Made by a program: the position numbers and the translations under genes. From assembly GCF_044647545.1 (NCBI RefSeq), contig NZ_CP172818.1: a stretch of DNA of 64,000 nt; one strand, 5' to 3'. This stretch comes from Escherichia coli. GTDB taxonomy: Bacteria > Pseudomonadota > Gammaproteobacteria > Enterobacterales > Enterobacteriaceae. Below the pieces are notes generated by a model. The model was not told the DNA's origin and did no database searches. It saw only the letters and a program-made list of their open reading frames with translations. Shown one piece after another: positions 50,901 to 64,000 of the stretch. Position 1 is the first letter of the stretch. Every line of letters begins with the position of its first letter.

Positions 50901-51872
50901 ATGAATTTAGAAAAAATCAATGAGTTAACCGCGCAAGATATGGCGGGTGTTAATGCGGCAATCCTTGAGCAGCTTAATTCCGACGTCCAACTGATCAATC
51001 AGTTAGGCTATTACATCGTCAGCGGCGGCGGTAAACGTATTCGTCCGATGATTGCTGTACTGGCTGCACGAGCTGTTGGCTATGAGGGAAATGCGCATGT
51101 CACCATTGCTGCCCTGATCGAGTTTATCCACACGGCGACTCTGCTGCACGACGACGTTGTGGATGAATCAGATATGCGCAGGGGTAAAGCTACCGCCAAC
51201 GCCGCATTTGGCAATGCCGCCAGCGTGCTGGTAGGCGATTTTATTTATACCCGCGCGTTCCAGATGATGACCAGCCTCGGCTCGCTCAAAGTGCTGGAAG
51301 TCATGTCAGAAGCCGTAAACGTCATCGCAGAAGGTGAAGTTCTGCAACTGATGAACGTTAACGATCCGGACATCACTGAAGAAAACTACATGCGCGTTAT
51401 CTATAGCAAAACCGCGCGTCTGTTTGAGGCTGCCGCGCAGTGTTCCGGGATTCTGGCTGGCTGTACGCCGGAGGAGGAGAAAGGCCTGCAGGATTATGGG
51501 CGCTATCTCGGCACTGCTTTCCAGTTGATCGACGATTTACTCGATTACAATGCCGATGGCGAACAGTTAGGTAAAAACGTCGGCGACGATCTGAACGAAG
51601 GTAAACCGACGCTGCCGCTGCTGCATGCAATGCATCATGGCACACCAGAACAGGCACAGATGATTCGTACCGCCATCGAACAGGGTAACGGTCGCCATCT
51701 TCTGGAACCGGTTCTGGAAGCAATGAACGCTTGTGGATCTCTTGAATGGACGCGTCAGCGTGCCGAGGAAGAAGCAGACAAAGCCATCGCAGCGTTACAG
51801 GTGCTCCCGGACACCCCTTGGCGAGAAGCACTCATCGGCCTCGCGCACATCGCTGTTCAACGCGATCGTTAA
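50901..51872 (+). CDS. ispB: Octaprenyl diphosphate synthase
   Basis: 323-aa ORF with DDxxD motifs. Confidence 0.93.
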   Translation: MNLEKINELTAQDMAGVNAAILEQLNSDVQLINQLGYYIVSGGGKRIRPMIAVLAARAVGYEGNAHVTIAALIEFIHTATLLHDDVVDESDMRRGKATANAAFGNAASVLVGDFIYTRAFQMMTSLGSLKVLEVMSEAVNVIAEGEVLQLMNVNDPDITEENYMRVIYSKTARLFEAAAQCSGILAGCTPEEEKGLQDYGRYLGTAFQLIDDLLDYNADGEQLGKNVGDDLNEGKPTLPLLHAMHHGTPEQAQMIRTAIEQGNGRHLLEPVLEAMNACGSLEWTRQRAEEEADKAIAALQVLPDTPWREALIGLAHIAVQRDR

Positions 51873-52100
51873 TCCCCTCCCCCTCATCCCGCGCAGCGCG
51901 CGGGATGATTCCAGTAAATTCCATAAAAACACTTATTCAGCTCTATAAAACCTGAAAAATAGGGCTGTACATCTTTATATATTCTGAATATTCACACTCT
52001 TTACAGGAACTTTTTAGAGCAATAGGCCATCAGGAGTATAGTGATGCTCGACAGAAGAAGTGTTCTGAATGAAAGCGACTAACTTAAGGAGTGAGGAAAG

Positions 52101-52379
52101 ATGGAAAGTAATTTCATTGACTGGCATCCCGCTGACATCATTGCGGGTTTGCGCAAGAAGGGAACGTCAATGGCGGCGGAATCTCGCAGAAATGGTTTGA
52201 GTTCCTCAACGCTGGCGAACGCATTATCGCGCCCCTGGCCGAAAGGAGAGATGATTATTGCGAAAGCCCTGGGAACTGACCCCTGGATTATCTGGCCATC
52301 TCGCTACCATGATCCGCAGACCCATGAGTTTATCGACAGAACGCAGTTGATGCGTAGCTACACTAAACCGAAAAAATGA
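52101..52379 (+). CDS. sfsB: SfsB (Nlp) sugar fermentation stimulation protein B, Ner-like DNA-binding protein
   Basis: 92-aa ORF. Confidence 0.9.
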   Translation: MESNFIDWHPADIIAGLRKKGTSMAAESRRNGLSSSTLANALSRPWPKGEMIIAKALGTDPWIIWPSRYHDPQTHEFIDRTQLMRSYTKPKK

Positions 52380-52393
52380 GTGGTCTGGCGGTA

Positions 52394-52410
52394 GCCCCGC
52401 GAACGGGGCT
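52394..52410. terminator. Bidirectional terminator hairpin between convergent sfsB and murA
   Basis: gccccgcgaacggggc. Confidence 0.5.
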
Positions 52411-52426
52411 GCCAGCTCTCAGACAA

Positions 52427-53686
<1,260 letters not shown>

Positions 53687-53740
53687 TTAGTTTGTTCTCA
53701 GTTAACAATTCATATCCGCTACCGGCGAATCGCCCATAGC

Positions 53741-53995
53741 TCAAAAGCCGTTCAGTTTGCGATCGCGCGCCCACTCCGCAGGGGTATACGCTTTGATCGA
53801 CACAGCATGAATGCGGTTATCCGCAATATATTCCATCAGCGGGCCATAGACCGTCTGCTGTTTTTTAACCCGACTCATGCCGTCAAACAACTCACCCACG
53901 GCAATAACCTGAAAGTGGCTGCCATCGCCGGAAACGTGGACTTCCTGGAGGGAGAGAGCGTTCATCAACACGCTCTGAATTTCATTATTTTCCAT
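53741..53995 (-). CDS. ibaG: IbaG (YrbA), BolA-family acid-stress protein
   Basis: ATG at 53995 ([28 protein letters not shown]), 84 aa. Confidence 0.9.
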
Positions 53996-54154
53996 GGGAT
54001 CTTCAATCATCAGTTAATAAATCAGCGAAACATCTTAGAGCAAAGTTGCGCTGGCATAAATAAGCAAAAAGCCTCGCTGATAAATCAGACAAGGCTCGAC
54101 TTGCAGGCAGGTTTGCCGGACAGGCGGTTAACGCCATATCCGGCCTGAAAAAAT

Positions 54155-54447
54155 TTAACGAGGCAGAACATCAGCAGGCAAATTATACAATTTCGCCAGG
54201 GTATACACTTTGTCGTTTACCCCCTGAAGCGTCACATTGTTGCCCTGCTTTTTCGCCAGATCGATAAGATGGAGCAGCAGTGCCAGTCCACCCGTATCCA
54301 CGCGAGACACACGGCTAAGATCGATGCTGGTAATCCCCTTCACCGCTTCCTCACGTATTTCCCAAAGCGGTAGCAGAACGTCCTGATCCAGCTCTCCGGA
54401 TAACGCCAGCGTGTCACCCGTCTGCATCCAGCTCAGTGACTCGCTCA

Positions 54448-54448
<1 letters not shown>
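54155..54448 (-). CDS. mlaB: MlaB, STAS-domain component of the Mla phospholipid ABC transporter
   Basis: ATG at 54448 (MSESLSWMQTGDTLALSGELDQDVL), 97 aa; start overlaps the mlaC stop by 1 nt. Confidence 0.9.
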
Positions 54449-55101
<653 letters not shown>

Positions 55102-55653
55102 TTATTTCGTTGTACCCACAGGTTCAGTGGTTTCATTATTACCTGGCGCAGCAGCTGGCGCATCGCCACTATTCTTATTGTCATCGCCTTTACTACCGTA
55201 AAGGAACTGACCAATGAGATCTTCCAGCACCATCGCAGACTTGGTGTCCTGAATTGTATCGCCATCCTTCAGGATAGCAGTCCCCAGTTCCGGGTCTTCA
55301 AAACCGACGTTTAATGCCAGATATTGTTCCCCCAGCAGGCCGGAAGTACGAATGCTCAGCGAACTGGTATCAGGAATGTGGTTATAACGTTGTTCAATTT
55401 CCAGCGTTACGCGCGGCAGATAGGTTTTCGGGTCCAGCGTAATATCCGCCACCCGGCCCACAACAACGCCACCAATGCTGACCGGAGAGCGCGCTTTCAG
55501 GCCGCCAATGTTATCGAACGTCGCATAAAGCGTATAGGTCGGTTCAGTACGTATGGACGTCACGTTCGCCGCCTTCAGGCAAACAAACAGCGCCGCCAGT
55601 AGTGCTGCTAATAAAAAGATACCCACCCAAATTTCATTTTTTTTCGTTTGCAT
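55102..55653 (-). CDS. mlaD: MlaD, MCE-domain substrate-binding protein
   Basis: ATG at 55653 (MQTKKNEIWVGIFLL), 183 aa. Confidence 0.93.
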   Translation of the reverse strand: MQTKKNEIWVGIFLLAALLAALFVCLKAANVTSIRTEPTYTLYATFDNIGGLKARSPVSIGGVVVGRVADITLDPKTYLPRVTLEIEQRYNHIPDTSSLSIRTSGLLGEQYLALNVGFEDPELGTAILKDGDTIQDTKSAMVLEDLIGQFLYGSKGDDNKNSGDAPAAAPGNNETTEPVGTTK

Positions 55654-55657
55654 GAAC

Positions 55658-57257
<1,600 letters not shown>

Positions 57258-57466
57258 AATTCACCCTTCGTCTTGCGTTGATTTTCTAAGCATGGCGCTC
57301 AATTTAACCTTGAACCCAACATATTTACAGAATATTACCCGCCGTGGTTAGCGAAAGCTGGCATTTGTTTTACTTTTTAGCCGCATAAAGTCAAAATTAA
57401 GAATCCGTTACGGCTTTCTGAAAATCTTCAGCGGACCGGCGAGTATACCTGAAGAAAGGACGTTAG

Positions 57467-58444
57467 ATGCTTTTAGCTACGGCACTGTTAATTGTTGGTT
57501 TACTTTTGGTCGTTTACAGTGCCGACCGCCTGGTTTTTGCCGCGTCTATTCTTTGCCGAACCTTTGGCATCCCGCCGCTAATCATCGGCATGACGGTGGT
57601 CAGTATTGGTACATCGTTACCAGAAATCATCGTCTCGCTTGCCGCGTCTTTGCACGAACAACGCGATTTAGCCGTTGGTACAGCCCTCGGCTCAAACATT
57701 ATCAATATATTGCTGATCCTCGGTCTTGCTGCGCTGGTTCGTCCTTTTACCGTCCATTCTGATGTTCTACGCCGTGAATTACCCTTAATGTTGTTGGTCA
57801 GCGTGGTGGCCGGTTCCGTACTCTATGACGGACAACTTAGTCGCAGCGATGGTATCTTTCTCCTCTTTCTGGCTGTGCTATGGCTGCTGTTCATTGTTAA
57901 ACTTGCACGTCAGGCTGAACGTCAGGGGACTGACAGCCTGACCAGAGAGCAGCTTGCAGAGTTGCCGCGTGACGGTGGATTGCCCGTCGCGTTTTTATGG
58001 CTCGGCATTGCGCTTATCATCATGCCAGTGGCCACGCGGATGGTGGTTGATAACGCCACGGTGCTGGCGAATTACTTTGCCATCAGCGAGTTGACGATGG
58101 GTCTGACGGCAATTGCTATCGGAACCAGCCTGCCGGAACTGGCAACCGCAATAGCGGGGGTTCGCAAAGGTGAAAACGACATTGCTGTCGGAAATATCAT
58201 TGGCGCAAACATTTTTAATATTGTCATCGTGTTGGGTTTACCCGCGCTGATAACGCCAGGAAAGATTGATCCACTGGCGTACAGTCGTGACTACAGCGTG
58301 ATGTTGCTGGTGAGCATTATTTTTGCGTTGCTGTGCTGGCGGCGCTCCCCGCAATCGGGCCGTGGTGTAGGGGTATTATTAACTGGCGGATTTATCGTAT
58401 GGCTGGCGATGTTGTACTGGTTATCGCCAATACTCGTTGAATAA
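57467..58444 (+). CDS. yrbG: YrbG, Na+/Ca2+ exchanger-family inner-membrane protein
   Basis: 325-aa hydrophobic ORF. Confidence 0.9.
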   Translation: MLLATALLIVGLLLVVYSADRLVFAASILCRTFGIPPLIIGMTVVSIGTSLPEIIVSLAASLHEQRDLAVGTALGSNIINILLILGLAALVRPFTVHSDVLRRELPLMLLVSVVAGSVLYDGQLSRSDGIFLLFLAVLWLLFIVKLARQAERQGTDSLTREQLAELPRDGGLPVAFLWLGIALIIMPVATRMVVDNATVLANYFAISELTMGLTAIAIGTSLPELATAIAGVRKGENDIAVGNIIGANIFNIVIVLGLPALITPGKIDPLAYSRDYSVMLLVSIIFALLCWRRSPQSGRGVGVLLTGGFIVWLAMLYWLSPILVE

Positions 58445-58457
58445 CTGGAAACGCATT

Positions 58458-59444
58458 ATGTCGCACGTAGAGTTACAACCGGGTTTTGACTTTCAGCAAG
58501 CAGGTAAAGAAGTCCTGGCGATTGAACGTGAATGCCTGGCGGAGCTTGATCAATACATCAATCAGAATTTCACGCTTGCCTGTGAAAAGATGTTCTGGTG
58601 TAAAGGGAAAGTTGTCGTCATGGGGATGGGGAAATCGGGGCACATCGGGCGCAAAATGGCGGCAACGTTTGCCAGCACTGGTACACCTTCATTTTTCGTC
58701 CATCCTGGTGAAGCCGCGCATGGTGATTTAGGCATGGTCACCCCACAGGATGTGGTGATTGCTATCTCTAACTCAGGTGAATCCAGCGAAATCACGGCCT
58801 TAATTCCAGTGCTTAAGCGTCTTCACGTACCGTTAATCTGCATCACCGGTCGCCCGGAGAGCAGCATGGCGCGCGCCGCAGATGTGCATCTGTGTGTTAA
58901 AGTAGCGAAAGAAGCCTGTCCGTTAGGGCTGGCACCGACCAGCAGCACCACCGCCACGCTGGTTATGGGCGATGCCCTCGCTGTCGCGCTGTTAAAAGCA
59001 CGCGGCTTTACTGCTGAAGATTTTGCGCTCTCACACCCAGGCGGCGCACTGGGTCGTAAACTTCTGCTGCGCGTAAACGATATTATGCATACGGGCGATG
59101 AGATCCCGCATGTTAAGAAAACGGCCAGTCTGCGTGACGCATTGCTGGAAGTTACCCGCAAAAATCTTGGTATGACTGTCATTTGCGATGACAATATGAT
59201 GATTGAAGGCATCTTTACCGACGGTGATTTACGCCGTGTCTTCGATATGGGCGTGGATGTTCGTCAGTTAAGTATTGCCGATGTGATGACGCCGGGGGGA
59301 ATACGTGTGCGCCCTGGCATTCTGGCCGTTGAGGCACTGAACTTAATGCAGTCCCGCCATATCACCTCCGTGATGGTTGCCGATGGCGACCATTTACTCG
59401 GTGTGTTACATATGCATGATTTACTGCGTGCAGGCGTAGTGTAA
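58458..59444 (+). CDS. kdsD: KdsD D-arabinose-5-phosphate isomerase
   Basis: ATG at 58458 (MSHVELQPGFDFQQAGKEVLAIEREC), 328 aa, SIS plus CBS domains. Confidence 0.93.
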   Translation: MSHVELQPGFDFQQAGKEVLAIERECLAELDQYINQNFTLACEKMFWCKGKVVVMGMGKSGHIGRKMAATFASTGTPSFFVHPGEAAHGDLGMVTPQDVVIAISNSGESSEITALIPVLKRLHVPLICITGRPESSMARAADVHLCVKVAKEACPLGLAPTSSTTATLVMGDALAVALLKARGFTAEDFALSHPGGALGRKLLLRVNDIMHTGDEIPHVKKTASLRDALLEVTRKNLGMTVICDDNMMIEGIFTDGDLRRVFDMGVDVRQLSIADVMTPGGIRVRPGILAVEALNLMQSRHITSVMVADGDHLLGVLHMHDLLRAGVV

Positions 59445-59464
59445 AGATTCAAGGATAAACAACA

Positions 59465-60031
59465 ATGAGCAAAGCAGGTGCGTCGCTTGCGACCTGTTAC
59501 GGCCCTGTCAGCGCCGACGTTATGGCAAAAGCAGAGAACATTCGTCTGCTGATCCTCGATGTCGATGGCGTACTGTCAGATGGCCTGATTTATATGGGCA
59601 ATAATGGCGAAGAGCTGAAAGCGTTCAATGTTCGTGACGGTTATGGCATTCGTTGTGCGCTCACCTCTGATATTGAAGTCGCTATCATTACCGGGCGAAA
59701 GGCTAAACTGGTAGAAGATCGTTGTGCCACATTGGGGATCACTCACTTGTATCAGGGGCAGTCAAACAAACTGATCGCCTTTAGCGATCTGCTGGAAAAA
59801 CTGGCGATTGCCCCGGAAAATGTGGCTTATGTCGGCGATGATCTCATCGACTGGCCGGTAATGGAAAAAGTGGGGTTAAGCGTCGCCGTGGCCGATGCGC
59901 ATCCATTGTTGATCCCGCGCGCCGATTACGTGACGCGCATTGCTGGCGGTCGTGGCGCAGTGCGAGAAGTTTGCGACTTATTACTCCTGGCGCAGGGCAA
60001 ACTGGATGAAGCCAAAGGGCAATCGATATGA
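59465..60031 (+). CDS. kdsC: KdsC 3-deoxy-D-manno-octulosonate-8-phosphate phosphatase
   Basis: 188-aa ORF. Confidence 0.93.
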   Translation: MSKAGASLATCYGPVSADVMAKAENIRLLILDVDGVLSDGLIYMGNNGEELKAFNVRDGYGIRCALTSDIEVAIITGRKAKLVEDRCATLGITHLYQGQSNKLIAFSDLLEKLAIAPENVAYVGDDLIDWPVMEKVGLSVAVADAHPLLIPRADYVTRIAGGRGAVREVCDLLLLAQGKLDEAKGQSI

Positions 60032-60603
60032 GTAAAGCCAGACGTTGGGTTATCATTGTGCTATCACTGGCGGTTCTGGTGATGATCGGCATTAATATGG
60101 CCGAAAAAGACGATACCGCCCAGGTGGTCGTCAACAACAATGATCCCACCTATAAAAGCGAGCATACGGACACGCTCGTCTATAACCCAGAAGGGGCACT
60201 AAGCTATCGATTGATTGCTCAACATGTTGAATATTATTCCGATCAGGCCGTTTCGTGGTTTACGCAGCCGGTACTTACCACGTTTGATAAGGATAAAATC
60301 CCGACATGGTCAGTAAAAGCAGATAAAGCCAAGCTGACCAATGACCGGATGCTCTATTTATATGGACACGTTGAAGTCAACGCACTTGTGCCGGACTCTC
60401 AACTTCGCAGAATCACGACGGATAACGCGCAGATCAATCTGGTGACGCAGGATGTTACCTCTGAAGACCTCGTCACGTTATACGGAACAACATTTAACTC
60501 CAGCGGTCTGAAAATGCGCGGCAACTTACGCAGCAAGAACGCCGAGCTGATTGAAAAGGTTAGAACATCCTATGAAATTCAAAACAAACAAACTCAGCCT
60601 TAA
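60028..60603 (+). CDS. lptC: LptC lipopolysaccharide export protein
   Basis: 191-aa ORF overlapping the kdsC stop by 4 nt. Confidence 0.93.
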   Translation: MSKARRWVIIVLSLAVLVMIGINMAEKDDTAQVVVNNNDPTYKSEHTDTLVYNPEGALSYRLIAQHVEYYSDQAVSWFTQPVLTTFDKDKIPTWSVKADKAKLTNDRMLYLYGHVEVNALVPDSQLRRITTDNAQINLVTQDVTSEDLVTLYGTTFNSSGLKMRGNLRSKNAELIEKVRTSYEIQNKQTQP

Positions 60604-61129
60604 TCTTGTGCTTGCCAGCTCACTTCTGGCCGCCAGCATTCCGGCATTTGCTGTAACCGGAGACACTGATCAGCCGATCCACATTGAATCGGACCAGCAA
60701 TCTCTTGATATGCAAGGCAACGTGGTTACCTTTACCGGTAATGTCATCGTCACCCAGGGCACCATCAAAATTAATGCCGACAAAGTGGTCGTTACCCGTC
60801 CGGGCGGCGAACAAGGTAAAGAAGTGATTGACGGCTACGGTAAACCGGCAACGTTCTACCAGATGCAGGACAATGGTAAACCCGTTGAAGGTCACGCTTC
60901 CCAGATGCACTACGAACTGGCAAAAGATTTTGTCGTTCTGACGGGTAATGCTTATCTGCAGCAGGTCGATAGCAACATTAAGGGCGATAAGATCACTTAC
61001 CTGGTGAAAGAGCAGAAAATGCAGGCTTTCAGCGACAAAGGTAAGCGCGTAACCACCGTTCTGGTGCCGTCGCAGCTGCAAGACAAAAACAACAAAGGCC
61101 AGACCCCGGCACAGAAGAAGGGTAATTAA
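60572..61129 (+). CDS. lptA: LptA periplasmic lipopolysaccharide transport protein
   Basis: ATG at 60572 (MKFKTNKLSLNLVLASSLLAASIPAFA), 185 aa. Confidence 0.93.
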   Translation: MKFKTNKLSLNLVLASSLLAASIPAFAVTGDTDQPIHIESDQQSLDMQGNVVTFTGNVIVTQGTIKINADKVVVTRPGGEQGKEVIDGYGKPATFYQMQDNGKPVEGHASQMHYELAKDFVVLTGNAYLQQVDSNIKGDKITYLVKEQKMQAFSDKGKRVTTVLVPSQLQDKNNKGQTPAQKKGN

Positions 61130-61135
61130 TTCGTT

Positions 61136-61861
61136 ATGGCAACATTAACTGCAAAGAACCTTGCAAAAGCCTATAAAGGCCGTCGCGTGGTAGAAGACGT
61201 CAGCCTGACCGTCAACTCCGGGGAAATTGTCGGTCTGCTGGGGCCAAACGGTGCCGGTAAGACCACCACTTTCTACATGGTTGTAGGCATTGTGCCGCGC
61301 GATGCGGGCAACATCATTATTGATGATGACGATATCAGTCTGCTGCCTCTGCATGCACGCGCGCGCCGCGGTATCGGCTATCTGCCACAGGAAGCCTCCA
61401 TTTTCCGTCGCCTCAGCGTTTACGATAACCTGATGGCGGTACTGCAAATTCGTGACGACTTGTCTGCTGAACAACGTGAAGACCGCGCGAACGAGCTGAT
61501 GGAAGAGTTTCACATTGAGCACCTGCGTGACAGCATGGGGCAGTCACTCTCCGGGGGTGAACGTCGCCGTGTAGAAATTGCCCGCGCACTGGCTGCGAAT
61601 CCGAAATTTATTCTGCTCGACGAACCGTTTGCCGGGGTTGACCCGATCTCGGTTATCGACATTAAACGCATCATTGAACACCTGCGCGACAGCGGCCTGG
61701 GCGTACTGATCACTGACCACAACGTGCGTGAAACACTGGCGGTTTGTGAACGCGCTTATATCGTCAGTCAGGGGCATTTGATCGCCCACGGCACGCCTAC
61801 AGAAATCTTACAAGACGAACACGTTAAGCGTGTATACCTTGGGGAAGACTTCAGACTCTGA
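61136..61861 (+). CDS. lptB: LptB lipopolysaccharide export ABC transporter ATPase
   Basis: 241-aa ORF with Walker [10 protein letters not shown]. Confidence 0.95.
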
Positions 61862-61908
61862 TAGGGTAGAAGTTTGCGACGTTTTAGCAGGAGAGTACGA
61901 TTCTGAAC

Positions 61909-63342
61909 ATGAAGCAAGGTTTGCAACTCAGGCTTAGCCAACAACTGGCGATGACGCCACAGCTCCAACAGGCAATTCGTCTGTTGCAGTTGTCGACGCT
62001 GGAACTTCAGCAGGAGCTACAGCAGGCGCTGGAGAGTAATCCGCTGCTTGAGCAAATCGACACTCATGAAGAAATCGACACCCGCGAAACGCAAGACAGT
62101 GAAACACTGGACACCGCCGACGCGCTCGAACAAAAAGAGATGCCGGAAGAGCTGCCGCTCGATGCCAGTTGGGACACCATTTACACCGCTGGTACACCAT
62201 CCGGCACCAGCGGTGACTACATTGACGACGAGCTGCCGGTCTATCAGGGCGAAACGACGCAGACCTTGCAGGATTACCTGATGTGGCAGGTCGAGTTGAC
62301 ACCGTTTTCCGACACTGACCGCGCTATTGCTACCTCTATCGTCGATGCCGTTGATGACACTGGTTATCTGACTGTCCCGCTGGAAGATATTCTCGAAAGT
62401 ATGGGCGATGAAGAGATTGACATCGACGAAGTTGAAGCCGTCCTTAAGCGGATCCAACGGTTTGATCCGGTCGGTGTGGCGGCAAAAGATCTGCGTGACT
62501 GCCTGCTGATCCAACTCTCCCAATTCGATAAAACCACGCCGTGGCTGGAAGAGGCCAGACTGATTATTAGCGATCATCTCGATCTGTTAGCCAATCACGA
62601 CTTCCGCACTTTAATGCGCGTCACGCGTCTGAAAGAAGATGTGCTGAAAGAAGCCGTCAATCTGATCCAGTCGCTCGATCCGCGCCCCGGGCAGTCGATC
62701 CAGACTGGCGAACCTGAGTATGTCATTCCAGATGTGCTGGTGCGTAAGCATAACGGTCACTGGACGGTAGAACTCAACAGTGACAGCATTCCGCGTCTGC
62801 AAATCAACCAGCACTACGCCTCGATGTGCAATAACGCGCGCAACGATGGTGACAGCCAGTTTATCCGCAGCAATCTGCAGGATGCCAAATGGTTGATCAA
62901 GAGTCTGGAAAGCCGTAACGATACGCTACTGCGCGTGAGTCGCTGTATCGTTGAACAGCAGCAAGCCTTCTTTGAGCAAGGTGAAGAATATATGAAACCG
63001 ATGGTACTGGCCGATATCGCCCAGGCTGTCGAAATGCATGAATCGACGATATCTCGCGTGACCACGCAAAAATACCTGCATAGTCCACGAGGCATTTTTG
63101 AACTGAAGTATTTCTTTTCCAGTCACGTCAATACCGAGGGCGGCGGCGAAGCTTCCTCCACGGCGATTCGTGCGCTGGTGAAGAAATTAATCGCGGCGGA
63201 AAACCCAGCGAAACCGTTGAGCGACAGCAAGTTAACCTCTTTGCTGTCGGAACAAGGTATCATGGTGGCACGCCGCACTGTTGCGAAGTACCGAGAGTCT
63301 TTATCCATTCCGCCGTCAAACCAGCGTAAACAGCTCGTTTGA
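61909..63342 (+). CDS. rpoN: RNA polymerase sigma-54 factor
   Basis: 477-aa ORF with the RpoN box near the C-terminus. Confidence 0.95.
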   Translation: MKQGLQLRLSQQLAMTPQLQQAIRLLQLSTLELQQELQQALESNPLLEQIDTHEEIDTRETQDSETLDTADALEQKEMPEELPLDASWDTIYTAGTPSGTSGDYIDDELPVYQGETTQTLQDYLMWQVELTPFSDTDRAIATSIVDAVDDTGYLTVPLEDILESMGDEEIDIDEVEAVLKRIQRFDPVGVAAKDLRDCLLIQLSQFDKTTPWLEEARLIISDHLDLLANHDFRTLMRVTRLKEDVLKEAVNLIQSLDPRPGQSIQTGEPEYVIPDVLVRKHNGHWTVELNSDSIPRLQINQHYASMCNNARNDGDSQFIRSNLQDAKWLIKSLESRNDTLLRVSRCIVEQQQAFFEQGEEYMKPMVLADIAQAVEMHESTISRVTTQKYLHSPRGIFELKYFFSSHVNTEGGGEASSTAIRALVKKLIAAENPAKPLSDSKLTSLLSEQGIMVARRTVAKYRESLSIPPSNQRKQLV

Positions 63343-63364
63343 CCCAACCGATAAGGAAGACACT

Positions 63365-63652
63365 ATGCAGCTCAACATTACCGGAAATAACGTCGAGATC
63401 ACCGAGGCACTGCGCGAATTTGTTACAGCCAAATTTGCCAAACTTGAGCAATATTTTGACCGAATCAACCAGGTCTATGTTGTTCTGAAAGTGGAGAAAG
63501 TCACCCACACCTCAGATGCAACACTGCATGTAAACGGTGGTGAAATTCATGCCAGCGCGGAAGGTCAGGACATGTACGCTGCCATTGATGGCTTAATTGA
63601 TAAGCTGGCACGCCAGTTGACCAAACATAAAGATAAACTGAAACAACACTAA
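63365..63652 (+). CDS. hpf: Hpf ribosome hibernation promoting factor
   Basis: ATG at 63365 (MQLNITGNNVEITEALREFVTAKF), 95 aa; the track ORF begins 28 codons upstream. Confidence 0.93.
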   Translation: MQLNITGNNVEITEALREFVTAKFAKLEQYFDRINQVYVVLKVEKVTHTSDATLHVNGGEIHASAEGQDMYAAIDGLIDKLARQLTKHKDKLKQH

Positions 63653-63769
63653 TTGTCCGGGCAATTAGCATGTGCATGGCGGCCTGTTGTGCGGCACAAC
63701 GGGCCATTTGTACGGTTAATGCTCCGAGCCTGTTCCACTGTTTGAGTGGGCAGGTTCTTAGGTGAAATT

Positions 63770-64000
63770 ATGACAAATAATGATACAACTCTACAGCTTA
63801 GCAGTGTTCTTAACAGGGAATGTACGCGAAGCCGCGTCCACTGTCAGAGCAAAAAACGCGCCCTGGAAATCATCAGCGAGCTGGCGGCGAAACAACTTAG
63901 CCTGCCGCCTCAGGTGGTTTTTGAAGCTATCCTGACGCGGGAAAAAATGGGCAGTACCGGTATCGGCAATGGTATTGCCATTCCGCATGGCAAACTGGAA
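63770..64000 (+). CDS. ptsN: PtsN nitrogen-related PTS EIIA(Ntr), 5' portion (3' end outside the window)
   Basis: ATG at 63770, translation MTNNDTTLQLSSVLNRECTRSRVHCQSKKRALEIISELAAKQLSLPPQVVFEAIL... runs to the window edge. Confidence 0.9.
   Translation, partial: MTNNDTTLQLSSVLNRECTRSRVHCQSKKRALEIISELAAKQLSLPPQVVFEAILTREKMGSTGIGNGIAIPHGKLE

Overview
This window reads as a core-chromosome segment of an Escherichia coli K-12-like genome (about 70.7-72 min), densely packed with recognisable housekeeping genes; I found no previously undescribed system, no CRISPR array, no IS element or transposase, and no phage or integrase genes next to the two tRNA genes. Gene order, left to right: the 3' end of prlF and yhaV (PrlF-YhaV toxin-antitoxin); the N-acetylgalactosamine/galactosamine (aga) cluster agaR, kbaZ, agaV, agaW', agaA', agaS, kbaY, agaB, agaC, agaD, agaI, with the K-12-type truncated agaW/agaA fragments; then rsmI, lpoA, yraN, diaA, dolP, yraQ, yraR, yhbO, yhbP, yhbQ, yhbS, ubiT, ubiU, ubiV, yhbW, mtr, deaD with its leader ORF yrbN, nlpI, pnp, rpsO, truB, rbfA, infB, nusA, rimP, tRNA-fMet metY, argG, yhbX, tRNA-Leu leuU, secG, glmM, folP, ftsH, rlmE, yhbY, greA, dacB, obgE, yhbE, rpmA, rplU, ispB, sfsB, murA, ibaG, mlaBCDEF, yrbG, kdsD, kdsC, lptC, lptA, lptB, rpoN, hpf and the start of ptsN. 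The one structural anomaly is at about 9.8 kb: agaI and rsmI are convergent and their ORFs run 237 nt into each other with no intergenic DNA, and the yraHIJK chaperone-usher fimbrial operon that sits between them in reference K-12 is absent. That looks like a roughly 5 kb deletion junction, natural or engineered. Gene identities and the K-12 gene order are recalled from memory, not from a database search; coordinates of CDS starts were checked against the sequence where the ORF track over-extends. Regulatory and RNA features (operators, terminators, psrO, REP elements) are given with lower confidence.
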